Assembly: GCF_030144855.1 (NCBI RefSeq)
Contig: NC_082717.1
Coordinates: 5,456,001 to 5,520,000 of the forward strand
Direction of reading: 5' to 3'
Origin: Hypanus sabinus
Lineage: Eukaryota
Length of the DNA stretch: 64,000 nucleotides
Shown: positions 39,330 through 53,180 of the stretch, piece after piece
How positions within the stretch are numbered: the first letter of the stretch is position 1
Layout of the letters: every line of letters begins with the position of its first letter
The notes under the pieces: generated by a model
Told to the model about the DNA's origin: nothing
Databases searched by the model: none
Seen by the model: only the letters and a program-made list of their open reading frames with translations
Made by a program: the position numbers and the translations under genes

Positions 39330-40075
39330 ACATAGAAGCATAGAAAACATATAGAACACCATACAGGCCCTTCAGTCCACAGTGCTGTGCCGAACATGTC
39401 CCTACGTTAGATCTACCTAGGCTTTACCCATAGCCCTCTATTTTTCTAAGCTGCATGTAGCCATCCAGGAGTCTCTTAAATGACCCTATCCTTTCTGCCT
39501 CCACCACCGTCGCCTGCAGCCCATTCCATGCACTCAGCACTGTCTGCACAAAAAACTTACCCCTGACATCTCCTCTGTACCTACTTCCAAGAACCTTCAA
39601 ACTACGTCTTCTTGTGCTAGCCATTTCTGCCCTGGGAAAGTCCTCTGACTATCCACATGATCAATGACTCTCATTATCTTGTCACTTGTCAAGTCACCTC
39701 TCATCCTCTGTCACCCCAAGGGGAAAAGGCCGAGTTCGCTCAACCTATTCTCATAAGGCATGCTCCCAATTCAGGCAACATCCTTATAGATCTCCTCTGC
39801 ACCCTTTCTATGGTTTCCACATCTCTCCTATAGTGAGGCGACCAGAAATGAGCACAATACTCCAAGTGGGGTCTGACCAGGATCCTTAAGCTCAATCCCA
39901 CGATTGATAAAGGCCAATGCCAGTGCCTTCTTAACCACAGAGACAACCTGCAAAGCAGCTTTGAGTGTCCTATGGACTCGGACCCTTAAATCCCTCTGAT
40001 CCTCCACATTACCAAGAGTCTTACCATTAATGCAATGTTCTACCATCATACCTGACCTATCAAAATGACCCACCT
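39330..40075 (-). mobile_element. CR1 3' fragment
   Basis: LVRPHLEYCAHFWSP in ORF 39740-39946; catagaa tail on + at ~39330. Confidence 0.85.
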
Positions 40076-40079
40076 TAGT

Positions 40080-42290
40080 GAAGATGATGAGCTCAGAGCT
40101 TGGATTTGTACATAGATCTACGATGTTGTGGCCATTACTGACACTTGCTTGAGAGAGGGGCAGAAATGGGTGTTTAATGCACTAGATTTTTGAAGTTTTA
40201 GAAAAGATTGAGTAGGAGGTAAAAGAGTAGGCTGGGGTGTGTGTTGCACTAGTGATCAAGGACCAGACATTCAAGGGACAGACACTGAGTTTATCTACAT
40301 GAAACTCAGGAATAGGAAGGGTGTGATCACACTAATGGGATTGTACAACAAACCCCTAATAGCCTCTGGGACATTGAAGAACCAAAATCTAATCAGATTA
40401 AGAAATGTGGATGGTCCAATGACAGGAGGGGCTGTACTGGACCTGATATTGGGTAATGACACTGGCCAGGTGACCGAACTTTCAGTCGGTGAGCAGTAAG
40501 GGAACAGTGACCAGAAATTCTTAACTTTCAGGGTAGTGATCGATAAGGGTAAGTAGGGCAAATTATGAGTGCGTTAGGCAAGAACTAAAAAGCATTAATT
40601 GGGAACATATCAGACATGTGGAGGAGGTTTAAAGAACAATTGCACACAGTACAGGAATGGTATGCTCCTGTTATAATGTTGGATGGGGACTTAGAGATAA
40701 AGAGACCTTGGATGCCCTGGGAAGTGATGAATTTAGTCATGAAGTAAAAGAAAAAGTATGTATCACTTTGGAATCTAGGATCAAGTGAAGCACATGAGAA
40801 GTATAAATAATCTAGAAAAGAACTACAGAATGGAAGCTAGGAGGGGACGTGAAAAGTCCTTGGCAAACTGGATTAGGGTGATACCCAGGCATTCTAGAAC
40901 AAGAGGATAACTAGGGAGAGGGTGGAACCATTCAAAGATAAAGCGGGGTGGGGGAGACATTTGCTTGGATGTAGGGAATGAATGAAGTACTTAATGAGTA
41001 CTTTGCTTCAGTATTTACCAAGGAAAAGAATATGGAGGATTGATAGATCTGTGCTGAGTGTATACATGCATTATGATGTTTAGAAGTCAAGGAGGAGGAA
41101 GTGTTGGGCCTGTTAAGGAGTTTTAAGATGAATAAATCTCCAGGGTCTGATGGGATGTATGCCAGGTTATTAAAGGAGGCCAGAGAAAAGATTTCTAGGC
41201 CCTTGACCAGTATCTTCATGTCCTCATTTGCCACCGGCAAGATCCCGGTGGACTGTCATGTGGCTAATGGTGTACCTATATTTAAGAAGGGAACAAGCGA
41301 AAATCCTGGGAACTATAGACTGGTGAGTCTCAGGTCATCTGCAGGGAAATTGCTGGAGAAAATTCTGAGAGATAGGTTATATGAGCATTGGGAGGCCCAT
41401 GGCCTAGTTAGAGAGACCCAGCTTGGCTTTGTTCAAATCAGGGCGTGCCTTAGCAACTTGATTGAGTCTTTTCACAAGGTGACAAGACAGATTGAAGAGG
41501 TAGGGCAGTGGATGTTGTCCACATGGATTTTAGTAAAGTGTCTGACAAACTCCCTCATGGAAGGTTAATTCAGCGGATTATGTTACATGGGGTCTGAGGC
41601 AAATTGACTGGTTTCAAAACTGGCTTGTGCATGCAAGACAGAGGGTTACAGTTGAAGAGACTTATTCAAGCTGGAGAGTTGATGTTCTGCAGGGATCTGT
41701 GCTGGGATCTCTGCTATTTGTGATGCATATAAATGACTGGGATGAAAATGTAGATGCACGGGATAGTAAGCTTGCAGATGATACCAAGATTGGTGGAGTT
41801 GTGGATAGTGTGGAAGTCTGGCAAAGAACACAGTGCGACATAGATCAGTTACAGATATGCACTGAGAAATGGCAGATGGAGTTTAACCCAGATAAATGTG
41901 AAGTGTTGCACCTTAGTAGGTCAAATGCAAGGAGGCAATACACAGGAGACAGGGAGTATCTGTTTTCTAGTGTTGAAATATCCAATAAAAGAGGGTATGC
42001 ATTGAAGGCGAGATGATGTAGGTTCAAGGGGGATGTGAGGGGTCAATTTTTACTCAGAGAGAGTGGTGAGTGTCTGGAATGCACTGCCTGGTATGGTGGA
42101 AGACGCAAATACATTAGAGGCTTTTAGGAGACTTTTGGATAGGCACATGGATGTCAGGAAAATGGAGGGATCTGGACATTGTGAAGGCAAAATGGATTTA
42201 TGTTTGGGTCTTTTTGATTTGCTTTTTAGTTGGTTTAGGACAGCATTGTGGGCTGAATGGCCTTCTCCTGTGCTGTACCATTTTTTGTTG
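40080..42290 (+). mobile_element. Deleted CR1 LINE (APE/RT to 3' UTR)
   Basis: KSPGSDGMY, NYRLVSL, LQGSVLGSLLF and KLADDTK in ORFs 41101-42016. Confidence 0.88.
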
Positions 42291-45099
42291 TACGTTTCCC
42301 ACCACTAATGTGAGGCTCAACAACCTATGATTTCCTGTTTTTTTTCTTAGAGCTTTTCTTAAACAACGATACCTCACCTGTCGATACGGATGATTTAAAT
42401 ACTTTGGCTCAGTACCCTGCAATTTCTGCATTTGACTCCCGCAGAGTTTGAGAGCACACCACGTCGGTCCCTGGGGATCTGTCCACCCTAATTTGCTCCA
42501 AGACAGCAAACAAGTCCTCCCCTGTAATCTGTATCAGGTCCATGACCTCGCTGCTGCCCCATACAGATTACAGAGGGAGTGTTTATGCTCCTGTTCTCTG
42601 TGACTGTACTTGAGTATTCTGTGATTGCATTTGGTTACAATGAGTAGCTCTCAGCCGTCCCTCATTCTGTTGGCGAGACATGGAATGTCCACATTTTTCA
42701 GGAGAGTGCTGCATCTTCTGAAGACTATGGCTGGTCAGCTGGACTGACAAAATCTTGTGCTCAGTCAAGCTAAGAGAAGAAATGAAGACTCATCAACAAA
42801 ATTGAGTGGTATGTACAAGTTCCATAACAGATATTAGATTCAGACCTTCAATTATTTACATTGGAGGTACATGACTGCAGATGCTGGAATGTCACGCAAC
42901 AAACGATCTGGGAGGAAATCAATGGGTTAAGCAACATCTGTGGAGGGTGGGGGGGGGGAGACAGAATTGTACTTGTTCACAATTGTTGCTTCCCCACCAG
43001 TTGTTAGAAGATTGAGGAGATAATGAGGAACCAACATGTTGGTGGGACTGCAGTCCTACAGAGGCCGCGCTGGGTATGGGGGGGCAGATTACTCCCTAAA
43101 ATGACATCAACCCAGTGTTTGCAGTGAGAACAGATTTATTTGTCACATGTACATTAAAGCATCAAGAAATACAGTGAAATACATTGTTTGTGTCAACAAT
43201 CCACACATTGTGAGGATGTGCTGGGGCAGCCCGCAAGTGTTTCTGGTACCAACATAGCATGTCCACAACTCACTGGCCCTTCAGTCTTTGGAACGTGGGA
43301 GGAAAGCAGAGAACCTGGAGGAAGCCTTACACGGTCACAGGGAGAATGTATAAACTCCTCACAGACAGTGGCTGGAAATCCCATGTCCTGGATCAATGAA
43401 CCAGCTCTCTGGATATCAGTCCAGCAACAACCACAACTTTACTGCAGCTGAAAGTGGTGCAGGATCAGGCTGAATGAGTCTTACAGACACCTGAGGACAG
43501 AGATGAGGGCAATTACTGTGGAAGGAGATCCTCTAGGAGATGTGGGGATGTGAGACTAAATAACTACATTCTCCACTGGACAGGGTGAGTGTGCTGTGGA
43601 TAGTAGCACTGTGCTGGCTGTGACATGTGTTTTATGGATGTACCATGGTCCAGAGGAACATTGTTTCATTCAGTTGTATGCATGTACAGTCAGATGACAA
43701 TAAACTTAAAATGGAACAAGCTGCCTCCGGAGATGGTGGAGAAGGTAGAATTATAACATTTAAGACATTTGAACAGGTGTTTTGGTAGGAAAGGTGTTGA
43801 GGGATAGGGACTCAATGCATAGAAAAATGATTGGTGTAGATTGGCAATGTGGTCAGAATGTATAAGATGGCCCAAAGGCCAGTTCTGTAACACTGTGCTT
43901 TACTGTGAGTCCATGACTCACACAGAAGGTTATCACTATGTTCCTTACAGTGTATCTGCAAAGACCTTTTGCCCTTCTTTCAATTTCCCAATTTTACCTC
44001 AAGGCAACGTGTAGAGTCATCATATTTTCATTTGTTTCCCTCTTGCTTGACCACATCTCTGCATTTACTCTCTGACAAACTTCCTTCTTCTCCCCCAGTG
44101 CAGCGTCTGTAACAGTCCACTGTCCTAGTGATGAGACATCAGTGGTGACACATCATTAGTTTCACAGCTTGAGGGAAGAAACTCTTACCCAGTCTGACAG
44201 TCCTAGTCCTGAAGCTCCTGTACATCCTTCCTGATGGCAGTGAGTCAGAGTTTGTGGGATGGGTGGAGGAGATCCTCAAGAGTGCTTCAGGCCCTTTGTC
44301 CACAATGCTCTTATTAAATAGTAGGGATGGAAATCTGGATGGCCCTCATCAATCTCTGTGTGGAAAACTTCAGATCTTCTTTAAATCTCCCCACTCTGGG
44401 GCAAACTGTACATGTAGCAGACATTCAGGAAGGCAACGGACATGTTGGCCTTCATTACAAGCAACCTGAGTACCAAACAAAGGAGATAGTTGCTATGGAA
44501 ATGGTGCGGTGAAGTTTCACAGAACTGGTTCCCCGGATGGCGGCTCTGTGAGGAGAGGAGGGGGTGAACATTCTGATTAAAATGATTCACTTTATTTGTC
44601 ACATGTAAATTGAAACATACAGTGAAATTCATTGTTTGTATCAAATCAAATCGGTGAGGATTGTGCTGGGCATGTGTCCCATGAAGGATCAGAGGGGACT
44701 TGATAGAGGTCTACAACACTATGACAGGCATAGATAGGGAGGATAGCCAGTACTTGTTTCCCAGGGCACGAATAACAAACAGCAGAGGGCATATATACAA
44801 TTTTAAAGGAGGGAAGTTTAGGGGAGATATCAGAGGTAATTTTTTTACACAGAGAGTTGTGGGTGCCTGGAATGACTTGCTAGGGATGGTGGTGGAGGCT
44901 AAAATATTAGGGGTATTTAAGAGCCTCTTAGACAGGCAAATGGATGAAAGAAAAATAGAGGGTTACAGGGTGGTGTGGGTTTAGTACATTTTTCTTTTTA
45001 AGGAATATATGGGTCGGCACAACATCAAGGTCTGAAAAGCCTCTACTGTGCTATAGTATTCTCGTGGTCTCGTGTTCTAATGTTTCCATCACCAACATA

Positions 45100-45250
45100 T
45101 CACACCCATAGCTCACTAACCCTAACTGTACGTCTTCAGTATGTGGGAGGAAAGCCACATGGTCACGGGGAGAACGTACAAACTCCTCACAGACAATGGT
45201 GGGAACTGAACCCCAATCTTACAGCCGGCACTGTAAAGCATTGAGCTGAC
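45100..45250 (-). mobile_element. tRNA-derived SINE (HE1-like); a second decayed copy lies at ~43170-43390
   Basis: B-box-like GGTTCAGTTCCC on - at ~45200. The acaaactcctcacagaca motif is shared by both copies. The family name is an inference. Confidence 0.55.
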
Positions 45251-45579
45251 CACTACTCGACCGTGCTGCCCTCTGGGCTTGTCATGGGGCCTTTGTTGGT
45301 CAAGGTCAACCATTGATGTTTTGTCCTAACTGTCTATGCTGTTGTTGTGCCAACGATACACAAGCCAATATGCAAGCAGGACAGTGTGATATGGAGAGCA
45401 AGCTGCTGCCCGTGTATCAGTCTCCCCATTTCCACACAGCATGTACATGATGTATAGAATGCCTTGGGATTCCCTTTAATCCTCCTTGTCAAGGACTTTT
45501 CATGGCCCTTCCTCGCTCTCCTCATTCCCTTCTTAAAATCTTCTCCAGATTCTTTATAATTCTCAAGGTCTCTGTTTGA

Positions 45580-47560
45580 TGTTAGCTCCTTACCCATGAC
45601 GTACTGGGCCGATCCATTACCATTTGTAGGATTTTCCTTTCAAAGGGGTTGGTGTTTCCATATGTGATGTAGCCTGTCAATATACTCTCCACTACACATC
45701 TATAGAAGTTTGCCAAAATTTTTGATATTATGCGGAATCTCTGCAGATTCCTAAGGAAGTAGAGGTGCAGCCATACTTTCCTCACAAATGCACTTAATGT
45801 GATGGGTCCAGGAGAGGTCCTCTGAAATGATAACAACAAGGAGTTTAAAGTTGCTAGCCATCTCTACCTCTGATCTTCCAATGAGGACCAGCTTATGGAC
45901 TTCTGGTTTCCCTCTCCTGAAGGCTACACTTAATTCTTTGGTCTTGTTGACATTGAGTAGTTGTTATGACACCACTCAGCCAGATTTTCAAACTCCCTCC
46001 TGCATGGTGATTCGTCACCACCTTTGATACAGCCCACAAGAGTGATGTCATCAGCAGAATTGAATATGGTACTGGAGCTGTTCTTAACCACACAGCCATA
46101 GGTGTAAAGCGAGCAGAACAGGCGACTACGCACACTCATGGAGGAGATGCTTTTGCCAATCTGAACTGATTGGTGTCTAGAAATGGGGAAATCTAATTGC
46201 AAAAGCTGGTTGTGAGGCCAAGGGTTGCAGCTTACTGATTAGTTTTGAGGGGATGGTGGTATTAAATGCTGAGCTGTAATTGAGAAAGGTCATACTGATG
46301 TATGCGTCTTTGCTGTCCAAATGTTCCAGGGTTGTGTGAAGAGCCAATGAGACAGCATCTGCTCTGGACATGTTGCTCCTCTCAAAACACTTCATCACTG
46401 CGGATGTAAATGTATCTAAGTGGTAGTTACTGAGACAGGTCAGCACTCTCTTCTTGGGCACTGATATAATTGAAGCCTGCTTGAAGCAGGAGGATGCCAC
46501 ATGCTGCTGAAGCAAAAGTTTAAAGAGATCAGTGAACACACCAGCCAGGTGGTCACACAGGTCGTCAGTACATGACCAGGTACCCCATCCAGTCCAGATG
46601 CTTTATTTGGGTTTACTCTCCTGAAGGCTGCCTGCACATCAGCTGCAGATACTGAAATCAAAGGATCATCAGGAGCTGTGGGAGCTCGCATGTACTGATG
46701 GCCAAAGTGGGCACAAAGACATTGAGTTCCTCTGGAAGTGATGCCCCTCTGTACTCCAACTTGCTTTGTTTAACTTTGTAGGAAGTTATAGCATTCACAC
46801 CCTGTCAAGCATCCCTCGATGATCTCAGTTTGCTCTGGAATTTTGTTTTGCCTGTGAGATCACTTTCCAGAGATCATACCTGCTCCTCTTGTAGCTTCCC
46901 TGGTCTCCAGACCTAAATGCATCTAATCTTGCCGTCATCAAATTTCAGATTTCATGGTTCACCCAGAGCTTCTGATTGGTGAAGACTCTGAACTATTGAA
47001 ACCCTGCTGGTTTCCTTGGCTGTGTAAGTCCAGGGAAGACACACTCTGGTTCTACCAAATCTGTGAGACTGAGACAGCTCTCCCACCCCAAACCCCGGTT
47101 TGTGTGGATGCTGTGTAATTTGCTACTCTGTTACAGATCAGTGCCAAGAAACAACAGACAGCACACTGCAAACAATTAAAGGAATTATATTTATGAATCT
47201 TAACTAAGAGGATAGTAAAGAAAGTAAACAAAAAAACAAAAAAAAGGCCCATGGTAATTAAACAGTTAATCATGAACAAGTTGGAGCTCAATTCATTGAT
47301 CCTCAGTCAACCTTGGCGCCTGGCTCCATCGAGTCACGATCTCCCCACTGGATCATATCCTAAGACAGTTCTCTCCAGCGTCTTCTCTCTTCATCTCCTG
47401 CTGGACAAAGGGCACAGTTCACACTCCAGAGCACCTGTTATCTCTCACCATAACCCAGCAACTGCTTCTACAGAAAGACCATTATGTTGGCAGTGAAACC
47501 TTTCTCAGGTTGTAACACTATTTAATTTGGACGCACCCATCTTCAGCTATTTTAATGAAG
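45580..47560 (-). mobile_element. Rex/Babar-type LINE RT fragment interrupted by a solo LTR
   Basis: PNKASGLDGVPG, FKQASIISVPKK, NYSSAFNTTIP, ADDITLVG (ORFs 45893-46691). Confidence 0.85.
46997..47517 (-). mobile_element. Solo LTR related to the Gypsy LTRs at 7730 and 19370, with a 4-bp TSD
   Basis: Termini TGAAAC...TGTAACA; CTAT at 46993-46996 and 47518-47521. Similar by eye to 19370-19980. Confidence 0.85.
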
Positions 47561-48099
47561 TCTGTTACAACCTTGATATATTCACTCCGATGCATAGATG
47601 AATACTTGAACACGGGTAAAGCCCTTCCAAGCAATGAGCACATCTGCTGTATATGAAAGGCTATTATAGGAAAGCAGCATCCATCATCAGGGACCCTCAC
47701 CATTTAGGCCATACTCTGTTTTTTCTTGTTGCCATCAGGTAGAAGATACAAGAGCCTCAGACCTCAGACCATCAGGTTCAAAAACAGTTGCCATCCCTCC
47801 GTCATCAGGCTTTTGATAAAAGGGAGTAAGTACACTCACTTGCCCATACTGAGATGCTATCACAATCAGTGATCTCACCTTAAGGACTCTTTATCTTGTT
47901 ATTTCATGTTCTCATTATTTATTGCTGTTTAGTTATATTTGCATTTGTTGTCTTCTGCACTCTACTTGATCTTTCATTAATCCTGTTGTAGTGACTATGT
48001 AATTGATTTGCTGAGTATTCCTGCGAGAAGTGAATCTCAGGTTTGTATGTAGTGACACATATGTACTCTAATAATAAAACTCGCTTTGAATTTTGAACT

Positions 48100-51062
48100 G
48101 AAACCATTAATACACTTCCTCTTTCTGACTAAATTCACTACTTCTCTGAACATCCAAGGTTCTCATACATTTCCAACATTGACCTTTCTCCTTACTGGAA
48201 CATCCCTGTCCTGTCTGTGCAGTTCATCATTAAACATCCTGCACATGTCTGATGTGGACTTGCCCAAAAACAGCTTTTCCCAATCAACTTTTCCAAGTTC
48301 TTGCCTAATGGTCTCGTAATTTGCCCTTGTGCAGTTCAATACTCTCCCACAAGTTTCATGCTCATCATTATCTATAGTTCTGTTAAAACTTGGAGTTGTG
48401 GTCACTGTTCCTTAACTGCTCACCAACTGAAATGTCAGTCACCTGGCCAGCTCATTGCCCAACACAGATGCAGTACAGCCCATCCTCTTGAAGGAACAAC
48501 CTTGGAAACCCTCCTGCAGACAGCTCATAAATTTTACTCCATCTGAACCTCTTGCATTTGTCTGCATTAAAGTCCATCTCCCATTTTTCAGCCCTTTTTT
48601 CCAGCTGATGTAGATCCTTCTGGACTCCAGGATAGCCATCCTCACTGTCCACTGCACCCCCAATATTGGTGTCATCCTCAAATTAGCTGATCCAGTTCAT
48701 CACATTATCATCCGGTTCTTTGAGACAGGTAACAAACAACAAAGGACTAAGCACTGATCCTGCAGCACACCACTGGTCACAAACCTCCAACAGAGAGGCA
48801 ACCATCTTCTACCACTCTCTAGCTTCTCCCCCAGAACCAGTGTCTAATCCAGTTTACTGACTTACCTTGAATGCCAAGTGATTGAACCCTCTTGACCAGC
48901 CTCCCATGTGGGACCTCGTCAAATGCCTTCCTGGAGTTCATGTAGACAACATCCACTTTCCTGATAGCCTCCACAAAAAACTCTAAGATTGGTTAGACAT
49001 GACCTATCATGCACAAGGCCATGTTCACTATCCTTAATCAGTCCATATCTATCCAAATATTTGCATAAACAGTCACTTTGAATACCCTCCAATAACTTCC
49101 CTCAACTGATGTCAGACTCACCAGCCTGGTTTCTGTCTTTCGTAAACAGTGGAACAACAATCATTATCCTCCAATCGCCTGGTACCTCTCCTTTTGCCAA
49201 AGATGTTTTAGGTAGGGCAGTGGATGTACTGTATATGGAATTCAGTTGGGCATTTGATAAGGTTCCCCAGGGGAGGCTCATTCAGAAAATAATAGAAGTT
49301 ATAATAAGTAGAAGGAGACCTTGCTTTGTGGGTCCAGAATTGGATTGCCACACAAGGCAAAGGCTGGTTGTAGATGGTTCATATTCTGCATGGAGGAAGG
49401 TGACTATTGGTGTTCAGCAGGGTTCTGTTCTGGGAACCTTCCTCTTTGTGACTTTCATGAATGACCTAGACAAGGATGTAGAAGGGTGGGTTAGTAAGTT
49501 TGCTAATGGCACAACCATTGGGTATATTATTTATAGTCTACGGTTGTCAAAGGTTACAGCAGGACATTGAAAGGATGTAGAACTGGACTGAGAAGTGGGA
49601 GATGGAGTTCCACCCAGATAAGTGTGAAGTGGGTCATTATGGTAGGACAACTTTGATAACAGAATATAGTATAAATGATAAGTCTCTCGGAAGTGTGGAG
49701 GATCAGTGAGATCTTAGGGTCCATATCCATAGGACACACAAAGCTGTTGGGTAGGTTGACAGTGTTGTTTAGAAGGTGAATGTTGTGCTAGGCTTCATCA
49801 CACAGAGAATGGTGGGTGCATGGAATGTACTGCCAAAGAAGATAGTAGATATGGAGACAATAGGGTCTTTTAAGAAATTTCTAGATAGGTGATGGAGCTT
49901 AGAAAATTTGAGGGCTTTGTGGTAAGGAAATTCTTGGCAGTTTCTAGCATAGGTTACATCGTCAGCACAACATCGTGGACTGAAGGGCCTGTAATCTGCT
50001 GTAGATTTCTACATTCTATATCCTAAATATCTCTGCTAGGGCTCCAGTAATTTCTGCACTTGCCTCCCGTAGGGTCCGAGGGAACACCTTGTCAGGCCTT
50101 GTGGATTTATCCATCCTGATTTGCCTCAGGGTAGCAAACACCTTCTCCTCTGTAATCTGTACAGGGTCCATGAAGTTGATTCAATTTTGCCTCACTTCTA
50201 TAAACTCTAAAAATACGGATGCAAAGATTGCTTTTTCAATCTTCCCCCATCTGTTTTGGCTACACATATGGATTACCATTCTGGTCTTCCAGAGGACCAA
50301 TTTGCCCCTTGTAATTCTTATGGTCTTAACATATCTGGAGCATCCATAAGACCATACAATTGTAAGATATTGGGGTAGAATTAGGTTATTTGGTACAGTA
50401 CATAAGGTCTGCTCCACCATTTCATCATAGCTGATCCAATTTTCCTCTCAGCCCCTATCTCCTGCCTTCCCTCTGTATGACCTGACTAATCAACAATCTC
50501 TCCTTCACCTTGTCTACTGGAGCAACATCCTTCCTGCTTTTAACATTCCTGATTTCTCTCTTTCTGTGTTCTCTTGAGTTTCTTGTACTGCACAAACATC
50601 TCATTGTTTCAACTTGCTTATACCTACCATGCAACTCCTTTTTTCTCTTAACCCAGGCCTCAATATCTCTTGTAAACTAAGGTTCCTTACACTTTTTATC
50701 TTTACTTTTAATTCTGACAGGCACATACATGCAAGCTTCGTACTCTCAAAATTTCTTTTTTGAAGGCCTTCCATTTTCCGAATACTTCTTTACCAGAAAA
50801 CGGCTTGTCCCAATCTACACTTTCCAGATTATTCCTGATACCATCAAAAATGGCCTTTCTCCAATTTCAAATCACAACTTGCAGACCAGACCCATCTTTT
50901 TGCATATTTACTTTATGACTAATGATGGTGTGGTGTCTAGACACCAAGTGTTCCCCTCCACAAACTTCTGCCTCATTCCTTAATAGCAGTTTGAGGATCA
51001 CATGCTCTCTCACTGGGCCTTCTATGTACTAATGAAGGAAAATTTCCTGAGTTCCTTTAAAT
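48100..51062. mobile_element. Mosaic of CR1 fragments in both orientations
   Basis: Minus-strand CR1 at ~48100-49200 and ~50020-51062; plus-strand CR1 at ~49205-50000 (FSWAFDKVPQG, GVQQGSVLG). Confidence 0.8.
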
Positions 51063-51439
51063 NNNNNNNNNNNNNNNNNNNNNNNNNNNNNNNNNNNNNN
51101 NNNNNNNNNNNNNNNNNNNNNNNNNNNNNNNNNNNNNNNNNNNNNNNNNNNNNNNNNNNNNNNNNNNNNNNNNNNNNNNNNNNNNNNNNNNNNNNNNNNN
51201 NNNNNNNNNNNNNNNNNNNNNNNNNNNNNNNNNNNNNNNNNNNNNNNNNNNNNNNNNNNNNNNNNNNNNNNNNNNNNNNNNNNNNNNNNNNNNNNNNNNN
51301 NNNNNNNNNNNNNNNNNNNNNNNNNNNNNNNNNNNNNNNNNNNNNNNNNNNNNNNNNNNNNNNNNNNNNNNNNNNNNNNNNNNNNNNNNNNNNNNNNNNN
51401 NNNNNNNNNNNNNNNNNNNNNNNNNNNNNNNNNNNNNNN
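51063..51439. other. Assembly gap (377 N)
   Basis: Run of N bases. Confidence 1.
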
Positions 51440-53180
51440 ATCCTGACTGACTGAACTGTGTGTGAGTTTGGTTAAAGAGCACAGGTCATCAGCCTCACTT
51501 TCTCATCCCGGTCTATCTGGATCCCATTCCAAGACGAAAGGCTAAACAACTGGGGAGAGGTCAGGATGCAATGAGTGATCAGGGTGATCAATGTGTCTTT
51601 CTGTGCACTTTGCGCTCCACAGCGTGTGTTGTGAAACACCTTCCCCCCCCCCCCCGTTGAACCAGCTGGTGGTTTTCTCCTGGTAGCCTGCCGAAACCAG
51701 TCTTCACATGTTTTGGTAGACAGGCCTGAATTCACCGAGAGTTAAAAAAAAACCTGCCAGCTACTCTCACCAGATTTGACCAGATTGTTAAAGCTCTCCC
51801 CTCCTGACACTCATGCACTGTAATATAGCCAAATTTATATGGTCATACCTTTCTTATTTTGCACTTCCATCCATAATGCCTCACTAGGCAAGTTCTTCAG
51901 TCTATCCTGATAGAGCACCGCCCGCCATGACATTTTCCGTGACTGGTGCACTGGTAAGATGTGGTGAGAATGGCTGGGGATACGTCACTCACTTCAATCT
52001 CCTCAGGAAGTGAAAGTGCTGCTGTGCTCTCTTGGTTAAAGAGGCAGTGTTGAGGGACAGGGTGGGATTCTTATTAATATGCACTCCGGGAAACTTGATA
52101 ACCCTGATTCTCTCGATGGATGAGCCGTCGATATGCAGTAGGCTGTAGTCAGTCTGTGTCCACAATCATCTCTTTAGTCTTGTCCACGTTGCAACACAGG
52201 TTATTGTGTTTACACCCGCCGACGAACCACTCCACCTCCTCCCTCTCTGCTGTTCATCATTGTTACTGATGAGGCCAACCACTGTTGTGTCGTCAGCAAG
52301 CATATTGATGTGGTTACAACTGGTTTTGGTGGTGCAGTCATACGTTAGCAGCATGAAGTTTAATGGGGTGAGCAGACAGCCCTGGGGGATGCCCGTGCTC
52401 TGTGTGATGACGTCAGAGATACAGACTGACTATGATCACTTCATCAGGAAGTCCAAGATCCAGTTACAGACATCCAACATGGATAGATTCTCCCAACAGC
52501 TTCTGGTGAAAGACTGAATTGAAAGCAGAAATGAAGTCGACAAACACCATTCTGAGAGAGGAGACACCATTGTCCTGGGAGACACGACTGTGTAAAGGGC
52601 AAATGCTATGGCATTGACAGTGGAACAATTTGATCTACATACAAAACGGCAGTGGTTCAATGTGGTGGGACAACTGGTATTAATACAGTTAATGACCAGT
52701 CACTCAAAGCTCTTCGTTATTACACAATCAGTGCCTCTGAATGGTGTTTATTGAGGCAGGACTCGTGCAGCTTCATGGGCACTGCAATGATGCTGGTGAC
52801 CTTGAACCATCTGGAGATGGAGTTCTGATCCATGGAGATGTTGACGATGTCACTGAGAACATCTGCTACTTGAGCTGCACAGTCTCTGAGCACACAGACA
52901 GGTATGTTGTCAGGCCCTGCAACTTTACTGGGATCTTCTTCACATCAGCTGTGGACAGAGCGCCTGCTCCTCGGAGAGAGGGGTGCCTATCTCGTCCACA
53001 TGTTGTGTAGTGCATCAAAGGTATATGAAGTATATTCAGACTGTCAGATAGAGGGTCAACACAGTCATTGACATTCAGGGTGCTCTAATATCCCATTGTG
53101 AACTAAATGCACAGCCACATGTGCCACTTGTCCCTGGTGTTACAGAAATCATTGTAGATTCTCAGTGTTCAACTACCATA
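51440..53180 (-). mobile_element. Rex/Babar-type LINE RT fragments
   Basis: LADDTTVVGLISNNDE (ORF 52166-52354); VDFISAFN and CNWILDFL around 52440-52560. Confidence 0.8.

Noticed and set aside
42762-42808. + strand mini-exon QAKRRNEDSSTKLS ending at GTATGT as a cytoplasmic-tail exon
   Set aside because: Weak acceptor, no transmembrane exon upstream, and it overlaps a stronger minus-strand acceptor.
43889-43895. CACTGTG (RSS heptamer) in a non-repeat island
   Set aside because: No nonamer at 12- or 23-bp spacing on either side, and no adjacent V or J coding end.
51002-51482. ORFs of 150 and 141 aa
   Set aside because: Artefacts of translating the N gap.
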